Shown here one piece after another: positions 1-9,364 of a DNA stretch of 64,000 nucleotides. A program made the position numbers and the translations under genes. The stretch is from Candidatus Latescibacterota bacterium (lineage in GTDB: Bacteria > Latescibacterota > UBA2968 > UBA8231). The notes under the pieces were generated by a model that searched no databases, had not been told where the DNA came from, and saw only the letters and a list, made by a program, of their open reading frames with translations. The stretch covers positions 2,976,001 through 3,040,000 of the forward strand of contig OZ244561.1 of the NCBI GenBank assembly GCA_965217585.1, in the 5' to 3' direction. Numbering within the stretch: position 1 is the stretch's first letter; the number at the start of each line of letters is the position of its first letter.

Positions 1-225
1 AATTTCCTCGTCAATAACGGGGATTACGCCCGTGGTACACTCCACATCTACAACCTCCTAGGTCAGGAGGTAGCGCAGTACCGTCTGCGCGGCACAACTA
101 CGCAAAGGATCGTCTGGAACGCCGGTGGCACTGTCGCAACAGGCCCGTACCTGGCGCGATTGTCACTCGTGGACTCCGATGGCGAAGTCCAGATCGAGAC
201 GGCGCGGATCCTCTACCTCAAATAG
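1..225 (+). CDS. 3' end of a secreted protein with T9SS type A / FlgD-like C-terminal domain (partial)
   Basis: Frame 1 reads ...GTLHIYNLLGQEVAQYRL...IVWNAGGTVATGPYLARL...RILYLK* (TAG 223-225). IYNLLGQ.V and G.Y..RL are hallmarks of this C-terminal domain. Confidence 0.8.
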   Translation, partial: NFLVNNGDYARGTLHIYNLLGQEVAQYRLRGTTTQRIVWNAGGTVATGPYLARLSLVDSDGEVQIETARILYLK

Positions 226-236
226 GCCAGTCGCCA

Positions 237-2321
237 ATGTTGAGACTCTTCGCGGTCATACCTGTCGTCCTTGCGGTTTCATTGGCCGGTGCCGATGGGT
301 TGATGCTCCCTGCGGAGCCGGACTATCCGCATGACTTCCTGCGCAACCGAATGACGCATGTAGAAGTAGAAATGCACGGGGTTGTCGCCGTCACTTCGGT
401 CTATCAGGAGTTCGTCAACGAGTGGCATAGGGAGACCGACGCGGTTTATTCCTTCCCACTGCCACCAGACGCAAGGGCTACGGAAGTTCTGTACTGGCGG
501 GACGGCAAGGTGCTGGAGGCGGTACTCAGGGTGCGCGACCAAGCGGTGAACCCGGGAACCGGGGAAGGCGGGCCCGCTGCTCTTCTCAACCGCTATCTAG
601 GTCGCAACGGGATTCGCATCAGGATCGACGGGATCGCGCCGCAAGAGATTCAGCGCGTGCAACTGACTTACATTGGGCTTTGCGACTACAAGCAAGGTGA
701 ATGCCGTTATCGCTACCCATTGGATACGAGCGATTTTGTAAAACGTCCATTGGATCATTTGCAGTTCAACTTCATCGTGCGCTCGAATTCGAATATCGTG
801 GATTTCGGTCTGCCCACGCATTCGGAGCACCGAACAGTTTACTCCGCGGCGAAGGAACTCGAAATCGAATTCTCCCGGCCGAAGAGTTACCTGAACCGCG
901 ATCTCGAGTTCTTCTACACGGTAGAACAAAACGCTCTAGGGGTCGATTTCTACTCAGCAGCTAACGATACCTCAGACGGCCACTTCGCCCTTTTTTTGCG
1001 GCCCGAAAACCACCCCGGTGAAGGAAGGGTGCTGCCAAGACAGGTGCTCTTCCTCCTTGCCAATTCCACCCGCATGTTCGGTGCCAAATTGGACCAGAGC
1101 ATCCGGGCGATTTCGAGATCCCTCGAACAACTCGGCCCCGAAGACCGCTTCAACATCCTCCTGTTCAACAATCAGGTTTCGCTGTGGAAGCCGATCCCGG
1201 TCGCTGCCGACAGGGTCCACGTTGCCGCAGCGGTCGATTTTCTGATGACGGTAGAAACCGCCACAGGCTCTCGGCTTGACGACGGCTTGCAGGAGTGTCT
1301 TGCCCAGATCTCCAGCGATGATTTCAGCAACGCCATCCTCGTCTTCACCGACGGACGCTCCCCCCTCGATCCGCGGGAGATCGAGGCTTTGAACGAGCAT
1401 CGAGTCGGCATCTTTCCCATCGGCATCGGCACGGATCTGGACCGGGCGCGGTTGGAGATGACCGCGGCATTGAACTACGGATTTGTGACCTATCTCGACG
1501 AGGACTTCGGCCTTGAGGAGGCCATGGTGGGTGTTTTCGAGCGCATCAGCAACCCCATCATGAAAAATACAGTAATGGAGTACGGAAGAGCTGACTTGTT
1601 CGAGATCCTCCCTCGCAAAATTCCAGACACGTACTCGGGTTCGTATTTTTTCACCACCGGCCGGTACAGGATTCCGGGCCCGTCCAGTTTCAGCCTCGCA
1701 GGTTTTTCCGCCGCAGGTTTGGTGACCTTCGATTTCACGTTGGATTTCAGTGACAAAAGGGAATTTCCTTTCACCGAGCAGCTATGGGCCAAGGAGTTTA
1801 TCGATGCGCTTGAACGCGAAATCGAAGTGTACGGCGAGACGCAGGAGCTCAAAGACCAAGTGATCGAGCTGAGTCTCACGTACAATATTCGCAGCCGTTA
1901 TACAGCGTACGTAGCGGAGGCAGAGGAATACAGTAGCGGTGACGATAGTGTTACGGAGGCAGAGGAATACGATAGCGATGACGATGATCTTGCTTTTACT
2001 GCAATCTTCGAGGAGAAAGAGGATTCCCTTCCCACCTCCGCCATTCTCGGCAGTTACCCTAATCCGTTCAATACATGGACGAAAATTAGCCTGTTCGTCC
2101 ATGAACGGGACGCGCGCGTGATAAAACTTTTAAAAATTTACAATCTGTTGGGACAGCTCGTGGCAGTTGTAGATGTAAGCCACCTACCCGCGGGCATGCA
2201 CGAAATGTCGTTAGAAGTTGGGGGTATTTTGGAAGGAAATCTGGCCAGCGGACTGTACATCGTGCGCTTGCAAGTGCAAAATACCATCACCAGCGCGGTC
2301 CGGATTAATCTGGTCAGGTAA
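237..2321 (+). CDS. VIT + von Willebrand A domain protein with T9SS/FlgD-like C-terminal domain
   Basis: Signal peptide; VIT-like VYQEFVN...AVYSFPLPPDA; VWA with DRFNILLF and VFTDG; C-terminal SYPNPFN...IYNLLGQLV...ASGLYIVRL. Confidence 0.85.
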   Translation: MLRLFAVIPVVLAVSLAGADGLMLPAEPDYPHDFLRNRMTHVEVEMHGVVAVTSVYQEFVNEWHRETDAVYSFPLPPDARATEVLYWRDGKVLEAVLRVRDQAVNPGTGEGGPAALLNRYLGRNGIRIRIDGIAPQEIQRVQLTYIGLCDYKQGECRYRYPLDTSDFVKRPLDHLQFNFIVRSNSNIVDFGLPTHSEHRTVYSAAKELEIEFSRPKSYLNRDLEFFYTVEQNALGVDFYSAANDTSDGHFALFLRPENHPGEGRVLPRQVLFLLANSTRMFGAKLDQSIRAISRSLEQLGPEDRFNILLFNNQVSLWKPIPVAADRVHVAAAVDFLMTVETATGSRLDDGLQECLAQISSDDFSNAILVFTDGRSPLDPREIEALNEHRVGIFPIGIGTDLDRARLEMTAALNYGFVTYLDEDFGLEEAMVGVFERISNPIMKNTVMEYGRADLFEILPRKIPDTYSGSYFFTTGRYRIPGPSSFSLAGFSAAGLVTFDFTLDFSDKREFPFTEQLWAKEFIDALEREIEVYGETQELKDQVIELSLTYNIRSRYTAYVAEAEEYSSGDDSVTEAEEYDSDDDDLAFTAIFEEKEDSLPTSAILGSYPNPFNTWTKISLFVHERDARVIKLLKIYNLLGQLVAVVDVSHLPAGMHEMSLEVGGILEGNLASGLYIVRLQVQNTITSAVRINLVR

Positions 2322-2382
2322 GACGGGAATTGTCTGCCTACGCCACCGTCGATAGCCGCTCGACCTTGATTTGGTAGGCGCA

Positions 2383-3066
2383 GTGAAACTGATCGTTACC
2401 AACGACGACGGCATCGAAGCAGAGGGCCTGCAGACCCTGGTCCATCTGGCGTCGCGGTGGGGCGAGGTCGTCGTTGTCGCGCCGGCGGAGCCTCAGTCCG
2501 GTGTCGGACATCAGTTGACAACTGATAGGCCCATTCGCGTGGATAAACTGACGGAAGAACGCTACAGGATATGGGGCACGCCGGCCGACTGTTCCCGTCT
2601 GGCGCTCAACTGCCTAGCATCCGATGCTGACTGGGTGCTCTCCGGGATCAACCACGGCGGCAATCTCGGGGTGGATGTGTACGAATCCGGCACGGTAGCT
2701 GCCGCTAGGGAGGCTGCTATTCACGGTTGTAAGGCCATCGCCCTGTCCCACTATACCGTAAAAGGCCGGTCGATCGACTGGCCGCTGGCCACCGAACGGC
2801 TCCGGCCGGTTTTGGATAAGGTGCTGAACGAGACGCTGGAAGCCGGATGTTTTCTGAACGTGAACCTGCCCCATCCTGAGCACAACCGAATACGCTTGGA
2901 AACGAAACATGCCCCGGTGGACCCAAGCCCCCACAGAACCACATTCTCGCGAACCGGTGATGGATTTCTATACACCGGAATCTATCAAGAGCGCTGGCGA
3001 CAACCCGGCAGTGACGTGGACCACTGTTTCAAGGGGCACGTTTCGCTGTCGAAAATCGCTGTTTGA
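2383..3066 (+). CDS. surE: 5'/3'-nucleotidase SurE
   Basis: TNDDG, VAP..QSG.G, GTPADC, SGINHGGNLG, YESGTVAAAREA motifs; GTG start at 2383 preferred. Confidence 0.93.
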   Translation: MKLIVTNDDGIEAEGLQTLVHLASRWGEVVVVAPAEPQSGVGHQLTTDRPIRVDKLTEERYRIWGTPADCSRLALNCLASDADWVLSGINHGGNLGVDVYESGTVAAAREAAIHGCKAIALSHYTVKGRSIDWPLATERLRPVLDKVLNETLEAGCFLNVNLPHPEHNRIRLETKHAPVDPSPHRTTFSRTGDGFLYTGIYQERWRQPGSDVDHCFKGHVSLSKIAV

Positions 3067-3108
3067 ATAGGTTGCAATTTAATCGACGAAACACGGCGGA
3101 GCAGATCG

Positions 3109-4269
3109 ATGAAGATAGCTGACGTTAGAGCATTCCCGTTGCGGATTAGTGAACGCGCCGAGGAGGCGTCGCGATCGCCAACGATTGATGTCGGCGAATA
3201 CTATGTGAATCGTTCAGCGTCCACCACGATCTACTCGCACCATCACGAGACCACCGTTATCCGGGTTGAGACGGACAACGGGATCGTCGGGTGGGGTGAG
3301 GCGCAGTCGCCGGTGTCGCCGAACACTACTGCGACGGTAGTGCGCGAATTGGTGAGGCCGTTAGTGATGGGGTGCGATCCGTTCGACATTGAGGCGATTT
3401 GGACGCGCAACTATGGTGCAATGCGGGAGCGCGGACATTCGACGGGTTTCTACATCGACGCTATCGCAGGGACTGACATCGCGTTGTGGGATGTGGTAGG
3501 AAAGGCTATCGGGAAGCCGGTGCACAAGATCGCGGGTGGGCGGTATCGAGAGGAGATACCGCTCTACGCAGGGATTGGGGGCACAGACCCGGTGAAGGTT
3601 GCGGATGCGGCTGAGGAGCATGTGGGCTATGGGTACAAGGCGTTGAAGCTGCACTTGTTGTTGGATGTGGAGGGCGTTGCGGAGATTTGCCGCGCAGTGC
3701 GGCAGCGCGTCGGGCCGGGCATCATGCTGATGGTCGATACACACATGCGGCAGACAGTTGCGAGCTCGATCCTGCTGGGTCGCGAACTGGAAAAGCTAAG
3801 TTTCACTTGGCTGGAGGCACCAATAATGCCGGAGGATATCCCGGGTCAGGCTGAGATAACCCGGGCGTTGGATATGGCGGTGGCGGTAGGGGAGTGGACG
3901 CGCACTCGCTACGAGATGCGCGAGCAATTCGAGCGCCGAGCGTATGACATCTTGATGCACGACATCGCGCGGACGGGGATTACCGAGGGGCATCGGATTG
4001 CGACGCTGGCCGACACCTACAACATTCCGGTCGCGCCGCATGTCGGAGGGGGTGGGATCCTGGCGGTTGCTGCGACAGTCGAGTGGTCGGCGTCGTGTCC
4101 GAACTTCATGATCATGGAGCACAGCCATCACGCCAACGCGGTCAAGAGCCGGATCCTCAAGGAGCCGTACGAACCTGAAAACGGCTACTACAAGGTTACG
4201 GATCGGCCGGGTTTGGGTGTTGAGGTGGATGAGGCGGCGTTGGAGACGTACGCGTTTCCGGAGAGTTGA
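3109..4269 (+). CDS. mandelate racemase/muconate lactonizing enzyme family protein
   Basis: G.GWGE, DIALWD..GK, KxK (YKALKL), metal ligands in MVD/WLEAP/VGE, APH, C-terminal PGLGVEVD. Confidence 0.9.
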   Translation: MKIADVRAFPLRISERAEEASRSPTIDVGEYYVNRSASTTIYSHHHETTVIRVETDNGIVGWGEAQSPVSPNTTATVVRELVRPLVMGCDPFDIEAIWTRNYGAMRERGHSTGFYIDAIAGTDIALWDVVGKAIGKPVHKIAGGRYREEIPLYAGIGGTDPVKVADAAEEHVGYGYKALKLHLLLDVEGVAEICRAVRQRVGPGIMLMVDTHMRQTVASSILLGRELEKLSFTWLEAPIMPEDIPGQAEITRALDMAVAVGEWTRTRYEMREQFERRAYDILMHDIARTGITEGHRIATLADTYNIPVAPHVGGGGILAVAATVEWSASCPNFMIMEHSHHANAVKSRILKEPYEPENGYYKVTDRPGLGVEVDEAALETYAFPES

Positions 4270-4314
4270 GAAACCCTACATTGACTGGTTGTTGCAAGCA
4301 GGAGGGTATATTCA

Positions 4315-5121
4315 ATGTTAGCCGATTTGGAAGTTGGTCAGTTTTGGACATTCGGGTTCGTCGTCTTGAGGAGTTGCCTGAGCGAGAATGAGGTAGATCG
4401 CCTTCAGGAAGCACACAATCGCGTCATTGCAGACGCACCGGAGTACAACTATTTCGCTGAGAACGGCACCCAGAAGCTCAGCCCCTTCGTTCAGGCGGAC
4501 GATGCCTTCGCGGAGTTAATCGAGCATCCCTGCGCGATGGAAGCCATGCGCGATATCTGGGGGAAGGAGTGCCTGTACATCGCTGGTAGCGATATGTGGG
4601 CGAATCGAGACGATACCCCTTGGCACACCGACGGTCATCCGGGGCGACAGACGGTCACGCTCAAGACCGCTATCTACCTCGATGAGCAGGACAAAGGCTT
4701 TGGAGCACTGAACCTGATTCCCGGCAGCCACCATCCGGAATTCTCTGCGGCGCTATTCCGCTCTTGTGGGTACTGGGACCGGGGGAGGCCCCGGCTACAC
4801 CTCAATCCCGATGCAATTCCAGGGACGGTTTCCCTCCAAACGCGACCTGGAGACGTTGTGTTGTGGGACAATCGCCTGTGGCACTCGGCCTTCAGACGCC
4901 AAGACGGTCGTCCGCGGCGGACGATGTTCATTGGCTATATGCCGGACCCCCAAGATGACCTGCTTGCGGTCAAAGACCTCCAAATGATGGTTGAAACGGC
5001 TTTGCGCGAGAAGCAGTCGTTCGTTTACAGCAAGGAGATGATGGAAAAGGGCGGTGCGGGGCGCGAGAAGATGGCGGCGCGGCTGGAGGAGTTGGGTGTA
5101 GAGCGGGTGAGAGAGCCATGA
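4315..5121 (+). CDS. phytanoyl-CoA dioxygenase (PhyH) family protein
   Basis: F...GFVVL start, WHTD, LNLIPGSH, GDVVLWDNRLWH, R..R; GGAGG upstream. Confidence 0.88.
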   Translation: MLADLEVGQFWTFGFVVLRSCLSENEVDRLQEAHNRVIADAPEYNYFAENGTQKLSPFVQADDAFAELIEHPCAMEAMRDIWGKECLYIAGSDMWANRDDTPWHTDGHPGRQTVTLKTAIYLDEQDKGFGALNLIPGSHHPEFSAALFRSCGYWDRGRPRLHLNPDAIPGTVSLQTRPGDVVLWDNRLWHSAFRRQDGRPRRTMFIGYMPDPQDDLLAVKDLQMMVETALREKQSFVYSKEMMEKGGAGREKMAARLEELGVERVREP

Positions 5122-5125
5122 ATTT

Positions 5126-5165
5126 GATTCCGCCGGAAATCTCAGTGCTGAAATCCGGCGGAATC
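5126..5165. terminator. stem-loop between convergent genes (probable terminator)
   Basis: GATTCCGCCGGA ... TCCGGCGGAATC 12-bp perfect arms with inner TCAG/CTGA, immediately after the PhyH stop. Confidence 0.6.
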
Positions 5166-5238
5166 GATGGGGTCCTATGTATTCCTGCTGTCAGAAACTC
5201 GCCTTCGGACATCGGTGCAGGATATATGCTGTCCGGTT

Positions 5239-6936
5239 TCACTCATCGCGGAGGCATCCGTTTATCTTGTGATTTGGATCGTCGGGCAAACCGGCGTGGT
5301 CGATATTCGCGTCGACACCACTGGAAACCGCCGTGATGGTGGACCCCTTGTAATGGACAACCTGATTTGGCTCAACCGATATTCCTGTTCTATCCCGATC
5401 GTTCCTGGAAACACAGTACTCAAAGACCAGCCTTTCCGTGCCTGATCCGGACTTGTAGTCGGCTATTTCCCATAATGGATTCGAGTCAATTTCGAAAACC
5501 AGAAACGGTGCGCCTGTTACCGCTACAGGCATGTCGAAGATCACTGCTACCTTTATGATCTCACCACGGCCATAGGTGGTACCACTCTCGGGAGTGGAAA
5601 TTATCCGGATTCTCTCAATTACAGGTATTGGTTCTTGCTCGGCTCGTATCGTCGATGACCACGCTCCGCTACCTTCGCTATTGTTGGCCCGCACCTGAAT
5701 TTCGTAGGCATCTTCCGTCAAATCCTCTAGCGTGACGGTCGTCGCTGTCAGATCGGTGTCTGTTACTTCGGTCCAGGCCGCTGCTCCGGCCGCTCGGTAG
5801 CGATAGTCGTAATCGGTGACCTCGAAGCCTGCTGGGAATTCCACCAAGCTCCCGTTTTCGCTGAAGCCTTCAGACGCGGTCCAGTTCACGTCAATCTTGG
5901 TGTCGTCGGTGTCCTGAAATCCGGCTGCTATATCTTCCGGTGGCACCGGAGATCCTACGTCCTTGACTCGGATGGTCACGTCGAGCACCGAGCCACTGCA
6001 CCCTGTTGGAGTTCCTTCATTGTTTAGGAGATGGATGTCGTGCGTGTTTACGACGCGTATCTGGTACTCGTTGTCCGCGTTGCTGTCGCCAGGCGTTTCA
6101 TAGTCCGGCGCGGTCTTGAAGGCCAGCGACACGGTTCCCGCTGTCGCCCTCTCTTCCGAATCGAGGGAAAACAGGGCATTGTCATCGCCGCCGTCGGGTA
6201 GCATGTATTCATTGAAGATAGTAACGATTTCACAGCGGATAGAGGGCGGCGACCAGGCGAATCCCCACTCCCGATGCGCGGCTGTGACCGCCGTCCAAGT
6301 GGGCAACCCGCTCTCGGGAATCGTTGCCCCTTCGTACATCTCGATGGGAGTCGGGATCTCCCAGCGTTGGTCTCCTATGTATTCGGCTGGGGCTGAGAAC
6401 TGGGCCGAGCCGTCGTACACTGGGTGCACATTGAATTGCATGGGATCGCTTTCATCGGTTCCATCACTTGCGTAGATTGCAGACGGCAGAGTGGGGATGG
6501 TGGCGACTTCCCCGTAAACTGAGGTGAATTGGGCGGGGGTTATATCGCCGTTTCCCTGAAATACGAAGTTGTTGCCTTCCCGCGTGATCTTGAACAGAGC
6601 TTCCGCAGGGGTCTGAATGCCCGAAAGACCGGGCACTGCGAACGCGAACCGATAAGAGATGGCGTCGCCGTCCGGGTCCGTCGCTGGCTCCCCTCCGAAC
6701 TCTAGCCGAGCTACGGGACCCCTCGGAAGCAAGAGGGTCAACTCTTGTCCTGCTGTGGAACTATTGAAACTTGGGGGATGGTTGGCTCCGTGGTCCTTGG
6801 TTGCCACCGCTTTGCCAGCGGGAAACAATTGGTTCTGTTGAGCCGGTTGGGTCGCTTGGGTCGGCTTGGAGTCGTTGCCACAGGCGACTACAAAAAGCGC
6901 CAGCATAAGGCTTAGGTATAAAGATAGCCGTTTCAT
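5239..6936 (-). CDS. lipoprotein with cadherin-like, fibronectin type III and Ig-like domains
   Basis: ATG 6936 with GGAG; lipobox VVAC; APDYETPGDSNADNEYQIRV (cadherin-like); VTDYDYRYR...YEIQVRANNSEGSGAWS (FN3); C-terminal YKSGSGTERLVFEY module. Confidence 0.8.
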   Translation of the reverse strand: MKRLSLYLSLMLALFVVACGNDSKPTQATQPAQQNQLFPAGKAVATKDHGANHPPSFNSSTAGQELTLLLPRGPVARLEFGGEPATDPDGDAISYRFAFAVPGLSGIQTPAEALFKITREGNNFVFQGNGDITPAQFTSVYGEVATIPTLPSAIYASDGTDESDPMQFNVHPVYDGSAQFSAPAEYIGDQRWEIPTPIEMYEGATIPESGLPTWTAVTAAHREWGFAWSPPSIRCEIVTIFNEYMLPDGGDDNALFSLDSEERATAGTVSLAFKTAPDYETPGDSNADNEYQIRVVNTHDIHLLNNEGTPTGCSGSVLDVTIRVKDVGSPVPPEDIAAGFQDTDDTKIDVNWTASEGFSENGSLVEFPAGFEVTDYDYRYRAAGAAAWTEVTDTDLTATTVTLEDLTEDAYEIQVRANNSEGSGAWSSTIRAEQEPIPVIERIRIISTPESGTTYGRGEIIKVAVIFDMPVAVTGAPFLVFEIDSNPLWEIADYKSGSGTERLVFEYCVSRNDRDRTGISVEPNQVVHYKGSTITAVSSGVDANIDHAGLPDDPNHKINGCLRDE

Positions 6937-6952
6937 AATCGTAGCTCCGTGG

Positions 6953-7176
6953 TTACGAGGTAAGGGAAAGGAAAAGGATGGAATTGCCGCTATCGTCGGG
7001 GAAGCGCGGGACCGGAGGTCGGAGGCGACTGCCGTCGGTATAGATGAGGTGAGTTTGACCGGCGACTCGTTCGATGGCGAACCAGTCGCGGTCGAGGGAG
7101 AGCGTGAACTCGCCGGAGGCTGTGTTGCCGCCGACATGTTCAATGTCGAGGTGTCCTGTGCGAAATCACCGGTCAT
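6953..7176 (-). pseudogene. frameshifted remnant of a PPC (pre-peptidase C-terminal)-like repeat protein
   Basis: GGAGG + ATG gives MTGDFAQDTST; a shifted frame continues VGGNTASGEFTLSLDRDWFAIERVAGQTHLIY...*, resembling the DF.ADTST..VGG..GE...D.DWFAV.L.AG repeat. Confidence 0.5.
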
Positions 7177-7320
7177 AAGGCAGCCTCCCGTCTACGTCGT
7201 CTACGCCTAAATGCGCTACCGTTGGTGAGTGCACTCACCTTTCAAAACGGGTGAAGGGGTGCTTCCGTTCCCGCGAAGTCTTGCCGTCCTTTATTTCGCC
7301 CCTTGTGGACGATATTAAGA

Positions 7321-7356
7321 CCTTGACAGAGGCCCCCCCCAAGACGCCTTATTATG
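7321..7356 (+). promoter_or_regulatory. putative promoter CCTTGACAGA-N16-CCTTATTATG
   Basis: TTGACA and TATTAT (21-nt spacer) upstream of the PhyH gene at 7418; both boxes and the spacing are repeated at 9276-9311. Confidence 0.5.
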
Positions 7357-7417
7357 CCCATGCGTTAGCTGGTGGACCAGAGACGCGTTTCGCCTGTGCA
7401 GAGGTAAAGGGAAAATC

Positions 7418-8221
7418 ATGACAGATCTCACCATGAGTGCCGAACAGATTCGCCAGTTTGACGAGGACGGCTACCTAATCCTCGAAAACCTCTTGCCCCC
7501 GGAGGACGTCGAGCGGATTATGCGCATCGCCCGCTGCGACCCGCAGTTGGCTGCCGACGCCAAGGGCAACCAGAATTACGAAGGCGAAGGACTCGACACC
7601 CGCTTGGCTTATCGCCCCGACCTTGCCGACGATGTGTACAGCGCCCTAGCTCGCAGCCGCCGACTCGTCGAACCGCTCGAACAGTTGTTCGGCGACCGGG
7701 TGCGCTACTACTATCAATTGCAAATGATGAAAGATCCTCAGACCGGCGGGTGGCAGTACCACCAGGACTACGGCTACCACTACGAGCAATTCTTCTACCC
7801 CGCGTTCGCCAGCGTCATGGTCGCCCTCGATCCGGCTACCCGCGCCAATGGCTGCCTGAAAGTGGTGCGAGGCTCCAACCGCCTAGGTCGGCTCGAACAC
7901 CAGTCCTCCGGCTCCCAGCGCATCGCCGATCCGCAGCGAGTCGCAATGGCGCTGCGGGAAATGGAGGAAGTGTATTGCGAACTAGCGCCGGGATCGGTCC
8001 TATACTTTCACGGCAACACGCTGCACGCCTCAGAGCCAAACCTTAGCTCGCAGCCGCGTTGGTCGCTCATCTATGCGTACGTGGCTGCCTCCAATACGTA
8101 CGTCCTACCCGACTGGCCCGACGACCAGTGCCCTCTCCTAGAAAAATGGGACGATTCCAAAGTGGACGCCGCTGCTCGGCGGCATTGGGAGGCTGTGGCC
8201 GCAACTAAGAAAGGAGGATAA
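7418..8221 (+). CDS. phytanoyl-CoA dioxygenase (PhyH/EctD-like) family protein
   Basis: EQIRQFDEDGYL, YHQD, DPATRANGCLKVVRGS, FHGNTLHAS.PN.S..PR. Confidence 0.9.
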   Translation: MTDLTMSAEQIRQFDEDGYLILENLLPPEDVERIMRIARCDPQLAADAKGNQNYEGEGLDTRLAYRPDLADDVYSALARSRRLVEPLEQLFGDRVRYYYQLQMMKDPQTGGWQYHQDYGYHYEQFFYPAFASVMVALDPATRANGCLKVVRGSNRLGRLEHQSSGSQRIADPQRVAMALREMEEVYCELAPGSVLYFHGNTLHASEPNLSSQPRWSLIYAYVAASNTYVLPDWPDDQCPLLEKWDDSKVDAAARRHWEAVAATKKGG

Positions 8222-8223
8222 GC

Positions 8224-9042
8224 GTGGAGAATTCCACAGGGAACGTTGCAGCCGTCTTAATGGTTGCTTCTACGTTATGCGTTATTCATGCCGTCCCTGG
8301 GCTGTCGCAGCCGGCCGATGCTAAAAGAAAGGTGTACGTCGGCACCATGGTGGCCGTCATTTTTGGCCAGGACCTGCACCATAAAACGGCTTTTACCACC
8401 CCTGATAATGAAGAGATGACAGTTTCGAGCCATCTCGTTATTGATTACGGAATCGGGTTCGCGGGCATTGCGGGAAAAGGAATTTCCGATTATGCGGCGC
8501 TTGAATTTACCGGCTCTTGGTCGAGGCTGCCATCCCATCTCGAAGTTCCCCTGCCCTTACCCACCTTCTTTACGGAGGGGCTCTCCCAAAGCGGTTTTGA
8601 ACTACCTAGCGGTTTTAACTATGACGGGAAATTAGTGGCACTGCAGTCGAAGATTGATCTTTTGCTTTACCCGACAAAGATGGCCACGAGTCCCAGCGGC
8701 GGCGCGAAGCCGTACTTGGGAGGTGGCGTGGGAATCGTACGATCGGACATGGACATGGATATTGAAAAGGAGGGGTCGCAGGCAGTTGTCGAGACTTTGG
8801 GGAGTTTTGCCGAACTGGTTCCCGAAAATCTTGCCGGACTGATTCCCGAAAATCTTGCCGGACTGATTCCCGAAAAGATAGACGAAAAAGAAACGGATCT
8901 GCAGTTGACCCTGCGGGCGGGCGTAAACATGCCCTTCAACAGCATGGACTTAGATTTGGGTTGGCAGTTCTACAGAACATACGTTAAAGGGAAAGACAAC
9001 GATTCTCACGTGGCGGGCGGCATCCTGAAGTACGTGTTTTAA
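8224..9042 (+). CDS. outer membrane beta-barrel protein (OmpA/OmpW-like)
   Basis: Signal peptide, KPYLGGGVG strand, alternating amphipathic strands, C-terminal LKYVF. Confidence 0.7.
   Translation: MENSTGNVAAVLMVASTLCVIHAVPGLSQPADAKRKVYVGTMVAVIFGQDLHHKTAFTTPDNEEMTVSSHLVIDYGIGFAGIAGKGISDYAALEFTGSWSRLPSHLEVPLPLPTFFTEGLSQSGFELPSGFNYDGKLVALQSKIDLLLYPTKMATSPSGGAKPYLGGGVGIVRSDMDMDIEKEGSQAVVETLGSFAELVPENLAGLIPENLAGLIPEKIDEKETDLQLTLRAGVNMPFNSMDLDLGWQFYRTYVKGKDNDSHVAGGILKYVF
8807..8876 (+). repeat. 24-bp in-frame tandem repeat (IPENLAGL)
   Basis: CCCGAAAATCTTGCCGGACTGATT x2 (8821-8868) with partial flanking copies. Confidence 0.9.
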
Positions 9043-9275
9043 GCGCTCCTTGTGCCAGCCGGGTTGCCAGCGGCCCCGGCCTATCGGCATGCGCTCGCTC
9101 ATGTTTGCTCCTTTCATCTGCGCCAAAAAGCGTTTGGCGTTCCCGGCAAAGTGATCCTCGACCTCATTGCCGTCAACCCCAGCATCTCAGCGATTTGGCG
9201 CTCCTGATTGAGCTGACGAAGGCACCCCATAGCCGGATTTCGACATGGCCCTCATGGCCCTGTGTGCTCCCGGTA

Positions 9276-9311
9276 CCTTGACAGAATTATCGCTCATGGT
9301 TCCTTATTATG
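9276..9311 (+). promoter_or_regulatory. putative promoter CCTTGACAGA-N16-CCTTATTATG of the LacI gene
   Basis: Identical 10-nt boxes and spacing to 7321-7356. Confidence 0.5.
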
Positions 9312-9364
9312 ACTATACACAAATGGAGCCACTTATATCGCTTAATTAACGATGGGATTAGCTA

